Position numbers and translations under genes: made by a program. A DNA stretch of 64,000 nt, taken from assembly GCA_964291265.2 (NCBI GenBank), contig OZ219747.1, positions 4,373,095 through 4,437,094 on the forward strand. The letters run 5' to 3'. A model generated the notes under the pieces. The model did not search any database, was not told where the DNA came from, and worked only from the letters and a program-made list of their open reading frames with translations. Shown in pieces: positions 1-9,403 of this stretch. The DNA comes from Alphaproteobacteria bacterium. Lineage in GTDB: Bacteria; Pseudomonadota; Alphaproteobacteria; SP197. Within the stretch, counting starts at the first letter, position 1; each line of letters opens with the position of its first letter.

Positions 1-1
1 T

Positions 2-2119
2 GCCCAGTTGGCCCGTCTCATCGACAGGGGCGCGGTCGAGGTGAGCGGCGGCAGCGCGCGACGCAAGCTCTATTATCTGACCGAACGGCTCTACAACATC
101 TACTACCTGATGCGCCGGGCGCACGGACCGGAGCCGCTGATCGACGCGCTGATCCGTTTCATGGAGGCATATTATTCCACCGATCAGTTGCGGGACTTCG
201 GGGCCCGCGTGGCGCGTGAAGCGCCGGGGTTCGACGGGAATGCGTTGGCGATCTACCGGATCGCATTCGAGCGTCTTGTCAGACTTCCGTCCCTGGAGGC
301 ACACCGCGAAGAACTGCTTTCTCTTGCGCCGCCTGACTTGGCGCATGCGCCCGGTGAGTCTTCTCCGGAGTCCCCCATTGCACCGTCGGCCGCGAGGGAA
401 CTCTTCGAGAATGCACTGGCGCTCGCGGAAAACGATAGGTTGGAGGAGGCCGTGGCGGCTTGGGACGAGGTCGTCCGGACGTTCTGGGAGAGTGATGCAG
501 CGACGGATCTCGAGCACGTGTCGATGGCGCTCGTCAACAAGGGAAAGGCGTTGAGCAGGCTCGGGAGGGCAGAAGAAGCGCTGGCAGCCTGGAACGAGAC
601 CGCTCGACGTTTCGACAAGAGTCGGGTGCCGGCGCTTGAGGTAGCCGTGGTGAACGCGCTGCATGGGAAGGCGATCGCGCTCAACACATTGAACCGGCAC
701 CGGGAAGCTATGGAGACTTGCGACGAAGTGCTGGAACGCGTCGGTAACAGCAGTTCGCCGGCACTTCAGGGAGAATTGGCGGCAGCGATGGTCGAACGGG
801 GTCACGCGCTGATCTTGCTGAACCACGCCGACGAGGCCATGGATGCCTGGGGCGCCGTGGTGGAACGTTTCGGAAGGAGCGACTCTCCCAGAATCGTCGA
901 ACCGGTAGCCGCGACCTTCGCCAACATCGGCACGGGCCTCCTTCAGTCGGGCCGATTGAAGGAGGCGCTCGCCGCGTTCGAAAGGGCCATGCAGAGCTGC
1001 AAGGCAAGCGATACGCCGATCCTTCGACAAGTGACAGCGCACTGTTTCGCCAACAGAGGCCACGTGCTGGCTGCGTTGGAGAGGGAAACGGAAGCACTCT
1101 CGTCCTGGGAAGAAGTGATCAGGGGCTTCGAGGCGGGCGGTTTCCCGGATGGAGCAGAACCGTATTGCGACGCGCTGACCAACAGTGCGGCTGTGCTGCA
1201 CAACGCCGGCAGGTACGAGGAAGCCCTGCAGCTGTGGGGCAAGGTGGCGGAACGCTTCGAGGACAACAACGAGCCCGTCATCCTTGCCATGGTTGCGAAT
1301 GCCGAGAGGAACAGGGGCATCTTGTTGGAACGGTTGGACCGTTACGAAGAGGCGCTCGCGGTCTGGCAGCAGGTCGAAGACCGCTTCGGAAACAGTGACA
1401 TGCCGGAGTGGGTCACGCTGGCCGCAATCTCCTTTCAGCACAAATGCACCATCCTGTTCGAACTGAACCGGAAGGAAGAGGCGCTCGAAACCTGTGACCG
1501 GGCGATCGATCTCTTGGGAAAGAGTATCGTGCCGGGAGTTGTCGATACGGTCGCACAGATTCTCCTCGGCAAGGGTATCGTACTCGATACTGCGCAGAGG
1601 AACCAAGAGGCGCTGGCGGTCTGGGACGAGGTTATCCAGCGCTTCGAAGCGAGCGATGTGCTTGCGCTTCGCGACGCGGCGGAAGCCGCACTGTGCAGCC
1701 GGGCGCAGCACGAATTGACAGAAGGCCGCACAAGGGCTGCTCTTGGATTTCTCGACCGAGCGCTGCAGCAGGGGCGAGCGGGAACTCCGGACAGCAGAGT
1801 GCGGGGTCATTTGATCCGGGCCCGTGGGCACCTGGCGGAAGGCGATGGCGAATCGGGTGCCCGTGATGTCGAGACGGCACTGTCGATCCTCCCTGAACTG
1901 GAAGTGCTGCCGAGGGACTTGGTGGTGGATCTGGCCGATCTTTCCAGGTGCGTTGGACCGGAGAGGATGTGCGATCTGATCAAGTCGTCGCCCGTCGGCG
2001 ATCTCCTGCTTCCGTTGAGGACGGCGCTTGAACGGGAACTCGGGTTGGAGCCGAGGGTGGCTAGGGAAGTCGAAGAGATTGCCGAAGACATACGTCGGGA
2101 ATTGCTCACCCCTCCGTAA
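2..2119 (+). CDS. TPR-like repeat protein, 5'-truncated by the window edge (probable N-terminal ATPase/winged-helix part upstream)
   Basis: Frame is open from the window start. About ten 43-aa repeats of type EEALxxW/CDEVxxRF...AxAxxNKG. The N-terminal RRKLYYLTERLYNIYYLMRR resembles the wHTH tail of ATPase-TPR proteins. Confidence 0.75.
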   Translation, partial: AQLARLIDRGAVEVSGGSARRKLYYLTERLYNIYYLMRRAHGPEPLIDALIRFMEAYYSTDQLRDFGARVAREAPGFDGNALAIYRIAFERLVRLPSLEAHREELLSLAPPDLAHAPGESSPESPIAPSAARELFENALALAENDRLEEAVAAWDEVVRTFWESDAATDLEHVSMALVNKGKALSRLGRAEEALAAWNETARRFDKSRVPALEVAVVNALHGKAIALNTLNRHREAMETCDEVLERVGNSSSPALQGELAAAMVERGHALILLNHADEAMDAWGAVVERFGRSDSPRIVEPVAATFANIGTGLLQSGRLKEALAAFERAMQSCKASDTPILRQVTAHCFANRGHVLAALERETEALSSWEEVIRGFEAGGFPDGAEPYCDALTNSAAVLHNAGRYEEALQLWGKVAERFEDNNEPVILAMVANAERNRGILLERLDRYEEALAVWQQVEDRFGNSDMPEWVTLAAISFQHKCTILFELNRKEEALETCDRAIDLLGKSIVPGVVDTVAQILLGKGIVLDTAQRNQEALAVWDEVIQRFEASDVLALRDAAEAALCSRAQHELTEGRTRAALGFLDRALQQGRAGTPDSRVRGHLIRARGHLAEGDGESGARDVETALSILPELEVLPRDLVVDLADLSRCVGPERMCDLIKSSPVGDLLLPLRTALERELGLEPRVAREVEEIAEDIRRELLTPP

Positions 2120-2566
2120 CCGTTCGGTCAAGCCGTGGAACCCTCGGACCCGTACAGGAGATCAGGAAAAACGGCCTGGGTTTCCGGTAAGGGTGATCGT
2201 TCGCGACCGCCACTCGGCCAAACCGTCACGGCTTCACCGAAAGGAGTCCGATTTCCCGGCAAGCGCAGCGAGAACGCGAGCGTGCCAATCGGATCACAAG
2301 CACCCGAGTTCTTGTCTCGATGGATGATTGCGGATTCCATGGCCCCAATCCGGGGGACTTCAATAGTGGCGTCATACATCCAGTTATGTCACACATACCT
2401 CGAATGGAAGAACCTGGCAGGGATGCCGAAACGGGCGCGCCGTGGTGAGTCGCTTGCTTGCCACGGAAATCATCATCGGATCATGGGCTCATGTGATCTT
2501 GCCCCGGGCAGGGGGTGGTGCTAGCGTCGGCGCCGCTCTGCACTCCCAACATCAGGCAGCGATGTC

Positions 2567-3127
2567 ATGAAGATCGACGGCAACGCGATCCGTCCCGGCA
2601 TGGTGATCCACCACAAGGACCGGCTCCTGGTCGCCACCAGGATCCAGCACACCCAGCCCGGCAAGGGCGGCGCCTATCTCCAGGTGGAACTCAAGGACAT
2701 CCGCGACGGCACGAAGCTCAACGAACGGTTCCGATCGTCGGAGTCCGTGGAACGGGTCAGGCTCTGGGACACGCCGCACCAGTTCCTCTTTGGCGACGCG
2801 GATTCCTTCACGTTCATGAACTCCGAGACCTTCGAGCAGACGGTCATCCACCGTGACATGCTGGGTTCCGACGCAGCCTTCCTCCAGGACGGCATGGAAG
2901 TCATGATCCAGTCTCACGAAGACGAGGTTGTCGGCGTCTCCCTGCCGGAGACGGTCGTTCTCGCCATCGTCGAAACCGAAGCGGTGGTCAAGGGGCAGAC
3001 AGCCGCGTCGTCCTACAAGCCCGCCATTCTCGAGAACGGACTGCGCATCATGGTTCCACCCCACGTCGAGACCGGCGTCAGGGTGGTGGTCAATACCGTG
3101 GATGCGACCTATCGGGAACGCGCGTAA
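2567..3127 (+). CDS. efp: Translation elongation factor P
   Basis: 186 aa; PGKGGAY loop, KGQTAASSYKPA and VPPHV motifs. Confidence 0.97.
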   Translation: MKIDGNAIRPGMVIHHKDRLLVATRIQHTQPGKGGAYLQVELKDIRDGTKLNERFRSSESVERVRLWDTPHQFLFGDADSFTFMNSETFEQTVIHRDMLGSDAAFLQDGMEVMIQSHEDEVVGVSLPETVVLAIVETEAVVKGQTAASSYKPAILENGLRIMVPPHVETGVRVVVNTVDATYRERA

Positions 3128-3143
3128 GGAATGATCGGCGGTC

Positions 3144-3884
3144 TTGGCCTATCAATCACCCCTCATCACCGTCATGGCGAAGGCAGCATCGAAGGCCGCT
3201 GTCGCCCTGATTCGGGATTACAACGAGGCCGACAACCTGGTGTCGTCGATGGCGGGCGCGGCACGGTTCATCGAGGCGTCGAGACGTCGTGCGAACGAGA
3301 CCATCAGACGGGAACTCGCTCGTGCTCGTCCGGATTTCTCCTTCGATGACCAGGCACCGGGCAGCCGCTGGATTCTCACTGCCCTTGATGGTGTGAGCAA
3401 CCTCGTCCATGCCATTCCCCATGCCTCCATAGCCGTCGCCGTCGAGATGACCGGCGAGACCGTCGCCGGTGTCGTCCTCGACCCGCTGAGGGATGAACTC
3501 TTCTGGGCCGAAAAAGGACACGGCGCCTTCATGCGATCACGACGACTGCGGGTGTCCCGGACCAGATCACTCTCCGGAAGCGTCCTTGCCCACGGCGACG
3601 GCGTACCGAGCGCACTCGGCATCGCCCGGCTGCTGAAACAGGGTCCCCGGCTGCGTTGCCTCGGCGCTCCCTCACTCGATCTCGCCTGGCTGGCGGCGGG
3701 CAGGCTTGACGGATACTGGGCGGACGCCGCCGACCCGGACAATCTGGCGGCCGGCACCATCCTGATCCAGGAAGCGGGGGGTATCGTCACCCGAATCGAT
3801 GGCAGCCCGCCCGGCGGCGCGCCACCTTCCGTCCTTGCCGGGAATTCAGGCGTCCACGGGCACATGCTCCGGTCGCTTGCCTGA
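3144..3884 (+). CDS. suhB: Inositol monophosphatase family protein (SuhB-like), catalytic motifs degenerate
   Basis: LFWAEKGHGAF, LDLAWLAAGRLDGYW and QEAGG motifs; position after efp. DPLDGT appears as TALDGV. Confidence 0.8.
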   Translation: MAYQSPLITVMAKAASKAAVALIRDYNEADNLVSSMAGAARFIEASRRRANETIRRELARARPDFSFDDQAPGSRWILTALDGVSNLVHAIPHASIAVAVEMTGETVAGVVLDPLRDELFWAEKGHGAFMRSRRLRVSRTRSLSGSVLAHGDGVPSALGIARLLKQGPRLRCLGAPSLDLAWLAAGRLDGYWADAADPDNLAAGTILIQEAGGIVTRIDGSPPGGAPPSVLAGNSGVHGHMLRSLA

Positions 3885-4024
3885 CACAATGCCGCCACCG
3901 TGCGGTGATCGATGGACGACACACTCAAGTCCATGGTAACCACGCCCAACGAGGGTTGCCGACAAGCAGTCTCGGTGGGACGAACCGGTGAGCCGGAGCA
4001 TGTCGGGTTGATGTGGAGCATCGC

Positions 4025-5176
4025 ATGACGCGCCCGAACCGCTACATCATCAGGATGGCTGCGTTCCTCCTCGTTGTGCTGGTCATCGCCGCCTTCCTGT
4101 CAGCGACGCTGCTCGTCGCCTTCCAGGCGAACCCCCTGCTCAACGGGCTGATTCTCGGCGTCCTTCTGTTCGGCATCCTCTATGTCTTCCGGCAACCCCA
4201 GATGCTCTACCGGGAGGTCGCCTGGATCGACAGTTTCCGCACGTCGCATGCTGGCATCCAGACAACCCCCCGGCTGCTCGTGCCGATGGCCGCCATGCTC
4301 GGCAAGCGCCGGTCTTCCGGTGCAGGGTTCAGCCTCACCCCGACGTCGACGCGCTCGATCCTCGACAGCATCGGCGCCAGACTCGACGAGTCCCGCGAGA
4401 TTTCGCGGTACCTCATCGGTCTCCTCATCTTTCTCGGACTGCTGGGAACCTTCTGGGGTCTCATCAAGACCATCGGCGGAGTCAGCGCGACGCTCACCAC
4501 GCTCAATCTCGACCCCGGACAGGACATTGTCGGTCTCTTCGAAAGCCTCAAGGAAGGCATGGCGTCGCCCCTGTCAGGCATGGGGACGGCCTTCAGCTCG
4601 TCACTCTTCGGACTTGCCGGATCCCTGATCCTCGGCTTTCTCGACCTGCAGTCCGGTCAGGCCCTCAACCGGTTCTACAACGAACTGGAGGAGTGGCTGT
4701 CATCCGTGACACGACTCCATTCCGAACGTGGCGACGGTGACACCCCGGATGGGGGTGACGCACCGGCCTACGTCAGCGCCCTCCTCGAGAAGACCGCCGA
4801 GAGCCTCGACCGCCTCAGCATCACCCTCGACAAGAACTTCGCGAACCACAGGCAGATCGACGAGAAGATCTCCACGCTCACGGACAGACTCGTCTCCATG
4901 GTCGACCGCATCGGCGCCGAGCAGAGACAGCTCGGCACGCTGATCGAGAGCCTGGCGGATCTCAGGGTGGTCATCCACAACCTGATCGAGACACAGAGGA
5001 GCACTGCCTTCGACGAAGCCAGCCGGATGCATCTTCGCAATCTCGACGATGCCATGGGCCGCCTCGTCGAGGAGACCGCTTCGGGACGGAGTGCCATCGC
5101 CAACGACGTGCGCTCGGAAATCAGGTTGCTGGCACGCACCATCGCGGCGGTACGCTCCGACGACGGAGGCACCTAG
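4025..5176 (+). CDS. MotA/TolQ/ExbB-like proton channel membrane protein with C-terminal helical tail
   Basis: TM segments LIFLGLLGTFWGL and GMGTAFSSSLFGLAGSLILG; directly followed by a MotB/OmpA-type gene. Confidence 0.85.
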   Translation: MTRPNRYIIRMAAFLLVVLVIAAFLSATLLVAFQANPLLNGLILGVLLFGILYVFRQPQMLYREVAWIDSFRTSHAGIQTTPRLLVPMAAMLGKRRSSGAGFSLTPTSTRSILDSIGARLDESREISRYLIGLLIFLGLLGTFWGLIKTIGGVSATLTTLNLDPGQDIVGLFESLKEGMASPLSGMGTAFSSSLFGLAGSLILGFLDLQSGQALNRFYNELEEWLSSVTRLHSERGDGDTPDGGDAPAYVSALLEKTAESLDRLSITLDKNFANHRQIDEKISTLTDRLVSMVDRIGAEQRQLGTLIESLADLRVVIHNLIETQRSTAFDEASRMHLRNLDDAMGRLVEETASGRSAIANDVRSEIRLLARTIAAVRSDDGGT

Positions 5177-5180
5177 GTTC

Positions 5181-6857
5181 ATGGCCTCCCGCGGCCGCCG
5201 TACGCAGTCGGGTGGTGAGACCTGGGCCGGATTTGTCGATGCGCTGTCAGCCTTGCTGATGGTGCTGATCTTCGCCCTGTCGGTCTTCATGATGGCACAG
5301 CTCTTCCAGGGAGCCGCCCTGACCGGCCAGAACCAGGTGATGAGTCGGCTGCAGGCCCGGATCAATGACCTCACCGACATGCTGTCCCTGGAACGCGACA
5401 ACAACGCGACGGTCCGCGAACAGCTGACACGGCTCTCGGCAGAACTTCAGCAGTCGGCGGCAGCCCGGGATCACGCGAACCGGTCGCTCGCCCTCCTGTC
5501 GAGTGAGCACGACGCACTGCAAGCGGAACGTTCGGCTCTTGAGGCGAGAGTGCTCGCCAGCGAACGGGAGCTTGACGATGCGCGGGCACACCTCCAACTG
5601 TTGGCAGAAGATCTCGACGGCACTCGGGACGATGCGGCGGCCAGCAAGGACGCTCTGGCGCGCAGGTCGGTTCAACTCGCCAGCCTGCAGCGCGACATCG
5701 ATGCCCTCGAGCAGGTACGGCGCAATCTCGAAGGTGAAGTCGGACGCTTGTTGCTGGTTCTTGAGGAGGCCCAGGTCCTTGAAGCGGACCTCGAGCGCCG
5801 CTTGGCAGATCTGGACGCCGAACTCTCGCAGACACGAACCGCGCTCGCTCAACGCGAGACGGAGCTGAGCCTCACCGAGGCCGGTCTCCAGGAGTCACGG
5901 GGCAGAGAGGAAGAACTCGCACAGACCCTCAAGACAGAGCGCAGCGAACTCGAACGCCTTGCTCTCCTGCTCCGGCAGTCCCGCGAGGCGGAGGAGCGGA
6001 CGGCCGAGGCGCTCGCAGCGAGAGAACTGCAACTCGAGGATGCAGGGACAAGAATTGACCAACTCATCGCGTCACTCTCCTCCGTGCGCGACCGTACGCT
6101 GGAACTGGAAGCCGAGCTTTCCACCGAAGAGGAACGCAACCTTCTCGCCCAACGGGAAGTGGCCGACAGCAACCAGCAAATCACCGAACTCACACGGCGG
6201 CTCGGCATCGTCGAGGGCGAACGGGATCGGGCTGTGGAACTGGGTGGTTCGCAGGCACAGCAGATCGCCGACCTGCGAGACCGCCTGGCCTCGCTCAACA
6301 GTGTCCTCGAGGCAGCCGAGATCAAGGCTGCCCAGGATCTGGTGCAGATCACGTCGCTGGGCGAGAGGCTCAATGCCGCGCTGGCTGCCCGGGTTCAGGA
6401 TCTCAGCCGTTATCAGAGCGACTTCCTGGCCCGCCTGCACGACCATCTCGGCAACCGGGAGGGCGTGAAGGTCGAGGGTGACCGATTCATCATCCAGTCG
6501 GGTGTGCTTTTCTCCAGCGGCAGCGCGGACATTTCCGAAGCGGGCCGGGAGAACCTGCGTCAGATTGCGGACCTCATCCGTGGACTTGTCTCCGACATCC
6601 CCGACGATGTGGACTGGATCCTCAGGGTGGACGGCCACACCGACTCGAAGCCGATCCAGACGACCCGGTTCCCGAGCAACTGGGAGCTGTCGACGGCCCG
6701 CGCCACCTCCGTCGTCCGCTTCCTGATCTCCCTGGGTGTGCCCGAACATCGCCTGATGGCCGCCGGTCTCAGCGAATTCCGGCCCCTTGCCGCCGGAGAG
6801 GATACCGACACCATGCAGCGCAATCGCCGAATCGAATTCAAGCTGACCGACCCTTGA
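5181..6857 (+). CDS. MotB/OmpA-family peptidoglycan-binding protein with long coiled coil
   Basis: N-terminal WAGFVDALSALLMV TM with Asp, long heptad-rich region, C-terminal VDGHTD...NWELSTARA...NRRIEF OmpA domain. Confidence 0.88.
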   Translation: MASRGRRTQSGGETWAGFVDALSALLMVLIFALSVFMMAQLFQGAALTGQNQVMSRLQARINDLTDMLSLERDNNATVREQLTRLSAELQQSAAARDHANRSLALLSSEHDALQAERSALEARVLASERELDDARAHLQLLAEDLDGTRDDAAASKDALARRSVQLASLQRDIDALEQVRRNLEGEVGRLLLVLEEAQVLEADLERRLADLDAELSQTRTALAQRETELSLTEAGLQESRGREEELAQTLKTERSELERLALLLRQSREAEERTAEALAARELQLEDAGTRIDQLIASLSSVRDRTLELEAELSTEEERNLLAQREVADSNQQITELTRRLGIVEGERDRAVELGGSQAQQIADLRDRLASLNSVLEAAEIKAAQDLVQITSLGERLNAALAARVQDLSRYQSDFLARLHDHLGNREGVKVEGDRFIIQSGVLFSSGSADISEAGRENLRQIADLIRGLVSDIPDDVDWILRVDGHTDSKPIQTTRFPSNWELSTARATSVVRFLISLGVPEHRLMAAGLSEFRPLAAGEDTDTMQRNRRIEFKLTDP

Positions 6858-7602
6858 CGGAACAGCCGGCGCGAGCCAGTCTGCGAGGCGCCTCGTCACT
6901 CTCCCAGCTGCTGCAGAAGGCTTCGACGCCGGCCTCGATGGCGTCATCAACATGCATGCGCGCCCAGGTGCGCATCAGTCTCTTCTGGGCACGGATAGCG
7001 CGCGGTCCCGCATCAAGAATGGCGTCTGACCATGTCGCCACGACATCGGCCGGTTCCTCAGCCACGGCCTCCACCAAACCGGCGGCGCGGGCTTCGCTGG
7101 CGGTCAGCGTGCGGCCGGTGAACAGCAGTTCCGCAGCCCGACCCCAACCCATCAGCCGCGGCAGCAGGGCGGCCTCGATCACCGAGGGAATGCCGAGCCG
7201 CACCTCCGGCATGGCGAAGGTCGAGCGCCCGGAGGCGGCACGCATGTCGCAACTCGCGGCAAGTTCAAGGGCTCCGCCCAGACAGGGACCGTCGATTCTC
7301 GCGATGACCGGAACCGGACAGTCGCGCACCGCCTGGCAGGCATCGTGCAAACAGCGGATGAACCGTTCCGCACTTGACCGTTCCAGTCGACGGAGATCCG
7401 CCAGATCGGCGCCAGCGGAGAACGCACGGCCGGCGCCGGAGAGCACCACGCACCGGATATCGTCGTCGTCACGCAGACGGTTCAGGATGTCGATCAGTCC
7501 CCCGAGAAGGGAGAGGGAGAGAGCGTTCAGCTTGTCCGGCCGATCGAGGACAACCTCGACACGACCGCGTGCCTGACGCTGAAGATCGATGAAGCGGCTC
7601 AC
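6838..7602 (-). CDS. Enoyl-CoA hydratase/isomerase family protein
   Basis: DRPDKLNAL, AFSAGADL, CLGGALELAASCD, FAMPEVRLG; GTG start with GGGAG RBS. Confidence 0.9.
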   Translation of the reverse strand: MSRFIDLQRQARGRVEVVLDRPDKLNALSLSLLGGLIDILNRLRDDDDIRCVVLSGAGRAFSAGADLADLRRLERSSAERFIRCLHDACQAVRDCPVPVIARIDGPCLGGALELAASCDMRAASGRSTFAMPEVRLGIPSVIEAALLPRLMGWGRAAELLFTGRTLTASEARAAGLVEAVAEEPADVVATWSDAILDAGPRAIRAQKRLMRTWARMHVDDAIEAGVEAFCSSWESDEAPRRLARAGCSVKGRSA

Positions 7603-7677
7603 GTGTTTCTCCCTCAAGACGATTCGGCGACAATGATGACCCGGTGGTTGTGACACACAAACAGGGAATGGAACGCG

Positions 7678-8403
7678 ATGACAAGACTGGCGCTTGTGAC
7701 CGGAGCATCACGGGGTATCGGCAGGGGTATCGCGCACGCACTCGCTGCAGCAGGCTACCGGGTGGCGGCCAACTATCGGTCCAGTGACGATGCCGCCCGC
7801 AGCCTGACGGAAGTACACGCCATCCCCGCCTACAAGTGGGATGTCGCTGACTACCAGGCCTCCAGGGAAGGAGTCGAGCGGGTGGTGGCCGATCACGGCG
7901 CCATCGATATCCTGGTCAACAATGCGGGCATCTCTCCAGACCGCTTCATGCACAAGATGGGCGACGATGTCTGGCGACAGGTCATCGACACCAATCTCAA
8001 CGGCTGCTTCAATGTCACCCGCCAGGTCATCGCACCCATGCGCAAGGCCGGTTTCGGACGTATCGTCAACATCGCATCACTGTCGGCCTTCGCCCCGAAC
8101 CATGGCGAAACCGCCTACGGAGCCGCCAAGGGCGCCATCATCTCCTTCACCAAGGCGCTGGCGAAGGAGAGCATTGCCCGGGGAGTCACCGTCAACGCCG
8201 TGGCGCCTGGATACATCGACACGGACATGGTGCGTGTCGCTCCGCAGGACTGGCTCGACGATCTCGTCCGCCACCACATTCCGGCAGGGCGCCTCGGGCG
8301 GGTTGAGGATGTGGCGCGCTGCGTTCTCTTCCTCGTGGCCGACCAGGCCGATTTCATCACCGGCGCGACCTTGGACGTCAACGGCGGCCAGCTCATGCGG
8401 TGA
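7678..8403 (+). CDS. SDR, acetoacetyl-CoA reductase/3-oxoacyl reductase-like
   Basis: TGASRGIG, NNAG, YGAAK, APGYIDT. Confidence 0.88.
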   Translation: MTRLALVTGASRGIGRGIAHALAAAGYRVAANYRSSDDAARSLTEVHAIPAYKWDVADYQASREGVERVVADHGAIDILVNNAGISPDRFMHKMGDDVWRQVIDTNLNGCFNVTRQVIAPMRKAGFGRIVNIASLSAFAPNHGETAYGAAKGAIISFTKALAKESIARGVTVNAVAPGYIDTDMVRVAPQDWLDDLVRHHIPAGRLGRVEDVARCVLFLVADQADFITGATLDVNGGQLMR

Positions 8404-9403
8404 CGTGCATCGATGCCAGACGCTGGTTCATGATGGCCGCGGCATCAACCATGATCCGTTCGACGAGGTCCTCCACGTGAGGGACATCATGGATCAGACC
8501 AAGGACCTGACCGGCGGACCAGATGCCGGACTCGAGTTCGCCTTCGTCGAACAGCCTGCGTCCTTCCGCGCCGGCGACAAGCGGCGCCAATTCCTCGATG
8601 GTCACACCGCCTGGTCTCGCTTCGAGTTCCGCCACCTTTTGCGTGACGGAGTTGCGGAAGAAGCGGGCCGTGTTGCGGAAGCTGCGCAAGATGAGCTGGG
8701 TGTCGCGTTCCGTTGCCTGAACCGCGGCCTCCTTGACCCGATCGTGAATGGCGGCTTCCCGGGTGACCATGAAACGGGTGCCCATGTTGATGCCATCCGC
8801 ACCCAGGGCCAGTGCCGCCACCAGCCCGCGGCCATCGGCGAATCCACCGGATGCGATGACCGGGATGGTGATCCGGTCGACAACCACCGGGATCAGCACG
8901 AGTCCCGGCACGTCATCCTCCCCGGGATGTCCGGCGCACTCGAAACCGTCGATGGCGATGGCATCGCAGCCGATTTTCTGGGCCTTGATGGCGTGGCGCA
9001 ATGACGTGCACTTATGGATGAGAAGCGCCCCGGCAGTCCTGATCCTTGGCACAAAGCGCTCCGGGTTGTTGCCCGCGGTCTCGATGATCGTGACACCGGC
9101 CTCAAGGGCCGCATCGAGGTACTCCTCGTACGGCACCGGCTTCAGCGTCGGCAGGATCGTGAGGTTGACACCGAAGGGCTGGTCGGTGGAATCGCGCAGG
9201 CGGCCTATCTCCCGCTGCAGTTCTTCCGGGTCGGGCTGGGTGAGCGCGGTCAGGAACCCGAGAACCCCGGCTTCGCAGACGGCCGCGACAAAGGGTGCAC
9301 GGCCAACATGAGTCATGCCCCCACAACACAGGGGGTGTCTGGAACCAAAGAGCTCGGTGAAGCGTGTCTTCAGCAACGAAGCCTCCTCCACATGGTGCCT
9401 CAT
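8393..9403 (-). CDS. Nitronate monooxygenase / FabK-like flavoprotein
   Basis: PFGVNLT, GFECAGHPGEDD, ASGGFADGRG, GINMGTRF. Confidence 0.9.
   Translation of the reverse strand: MRHHVEEASLLKTRFTELFGSRHPLCCGGMTHVGRAPFVAAVCEAGVLGFLTALTQPDPEELQREIGRLRDSTDQPFGVNLTILPTLKPVPYEEYLDAALEAGVTIIETAGNNPERFVPRIRTAGALLIHKCTSLRHAIKAQKIGCDAIAIDGFECAGHPGEDDVPGLVLIPVVVDRITIPVIASGGFADGRGLVAALALGADGINMGTRFMVTREAAIHDRVKEAAVQATERDTQLILRSFRNTARFFRNSVTQKVAELEARPGGVTIEELAPLVAGAEGRRLFDEGELESGIWSAGQVLGLIHDVPHVEDLVERIMVDAAAIMNQRLASMHVTA

Noticed and set aside
4025-6857. Zorya defence system call
   Set aside because: No zorC/D/E, and the context is the core efp-suhB locus.
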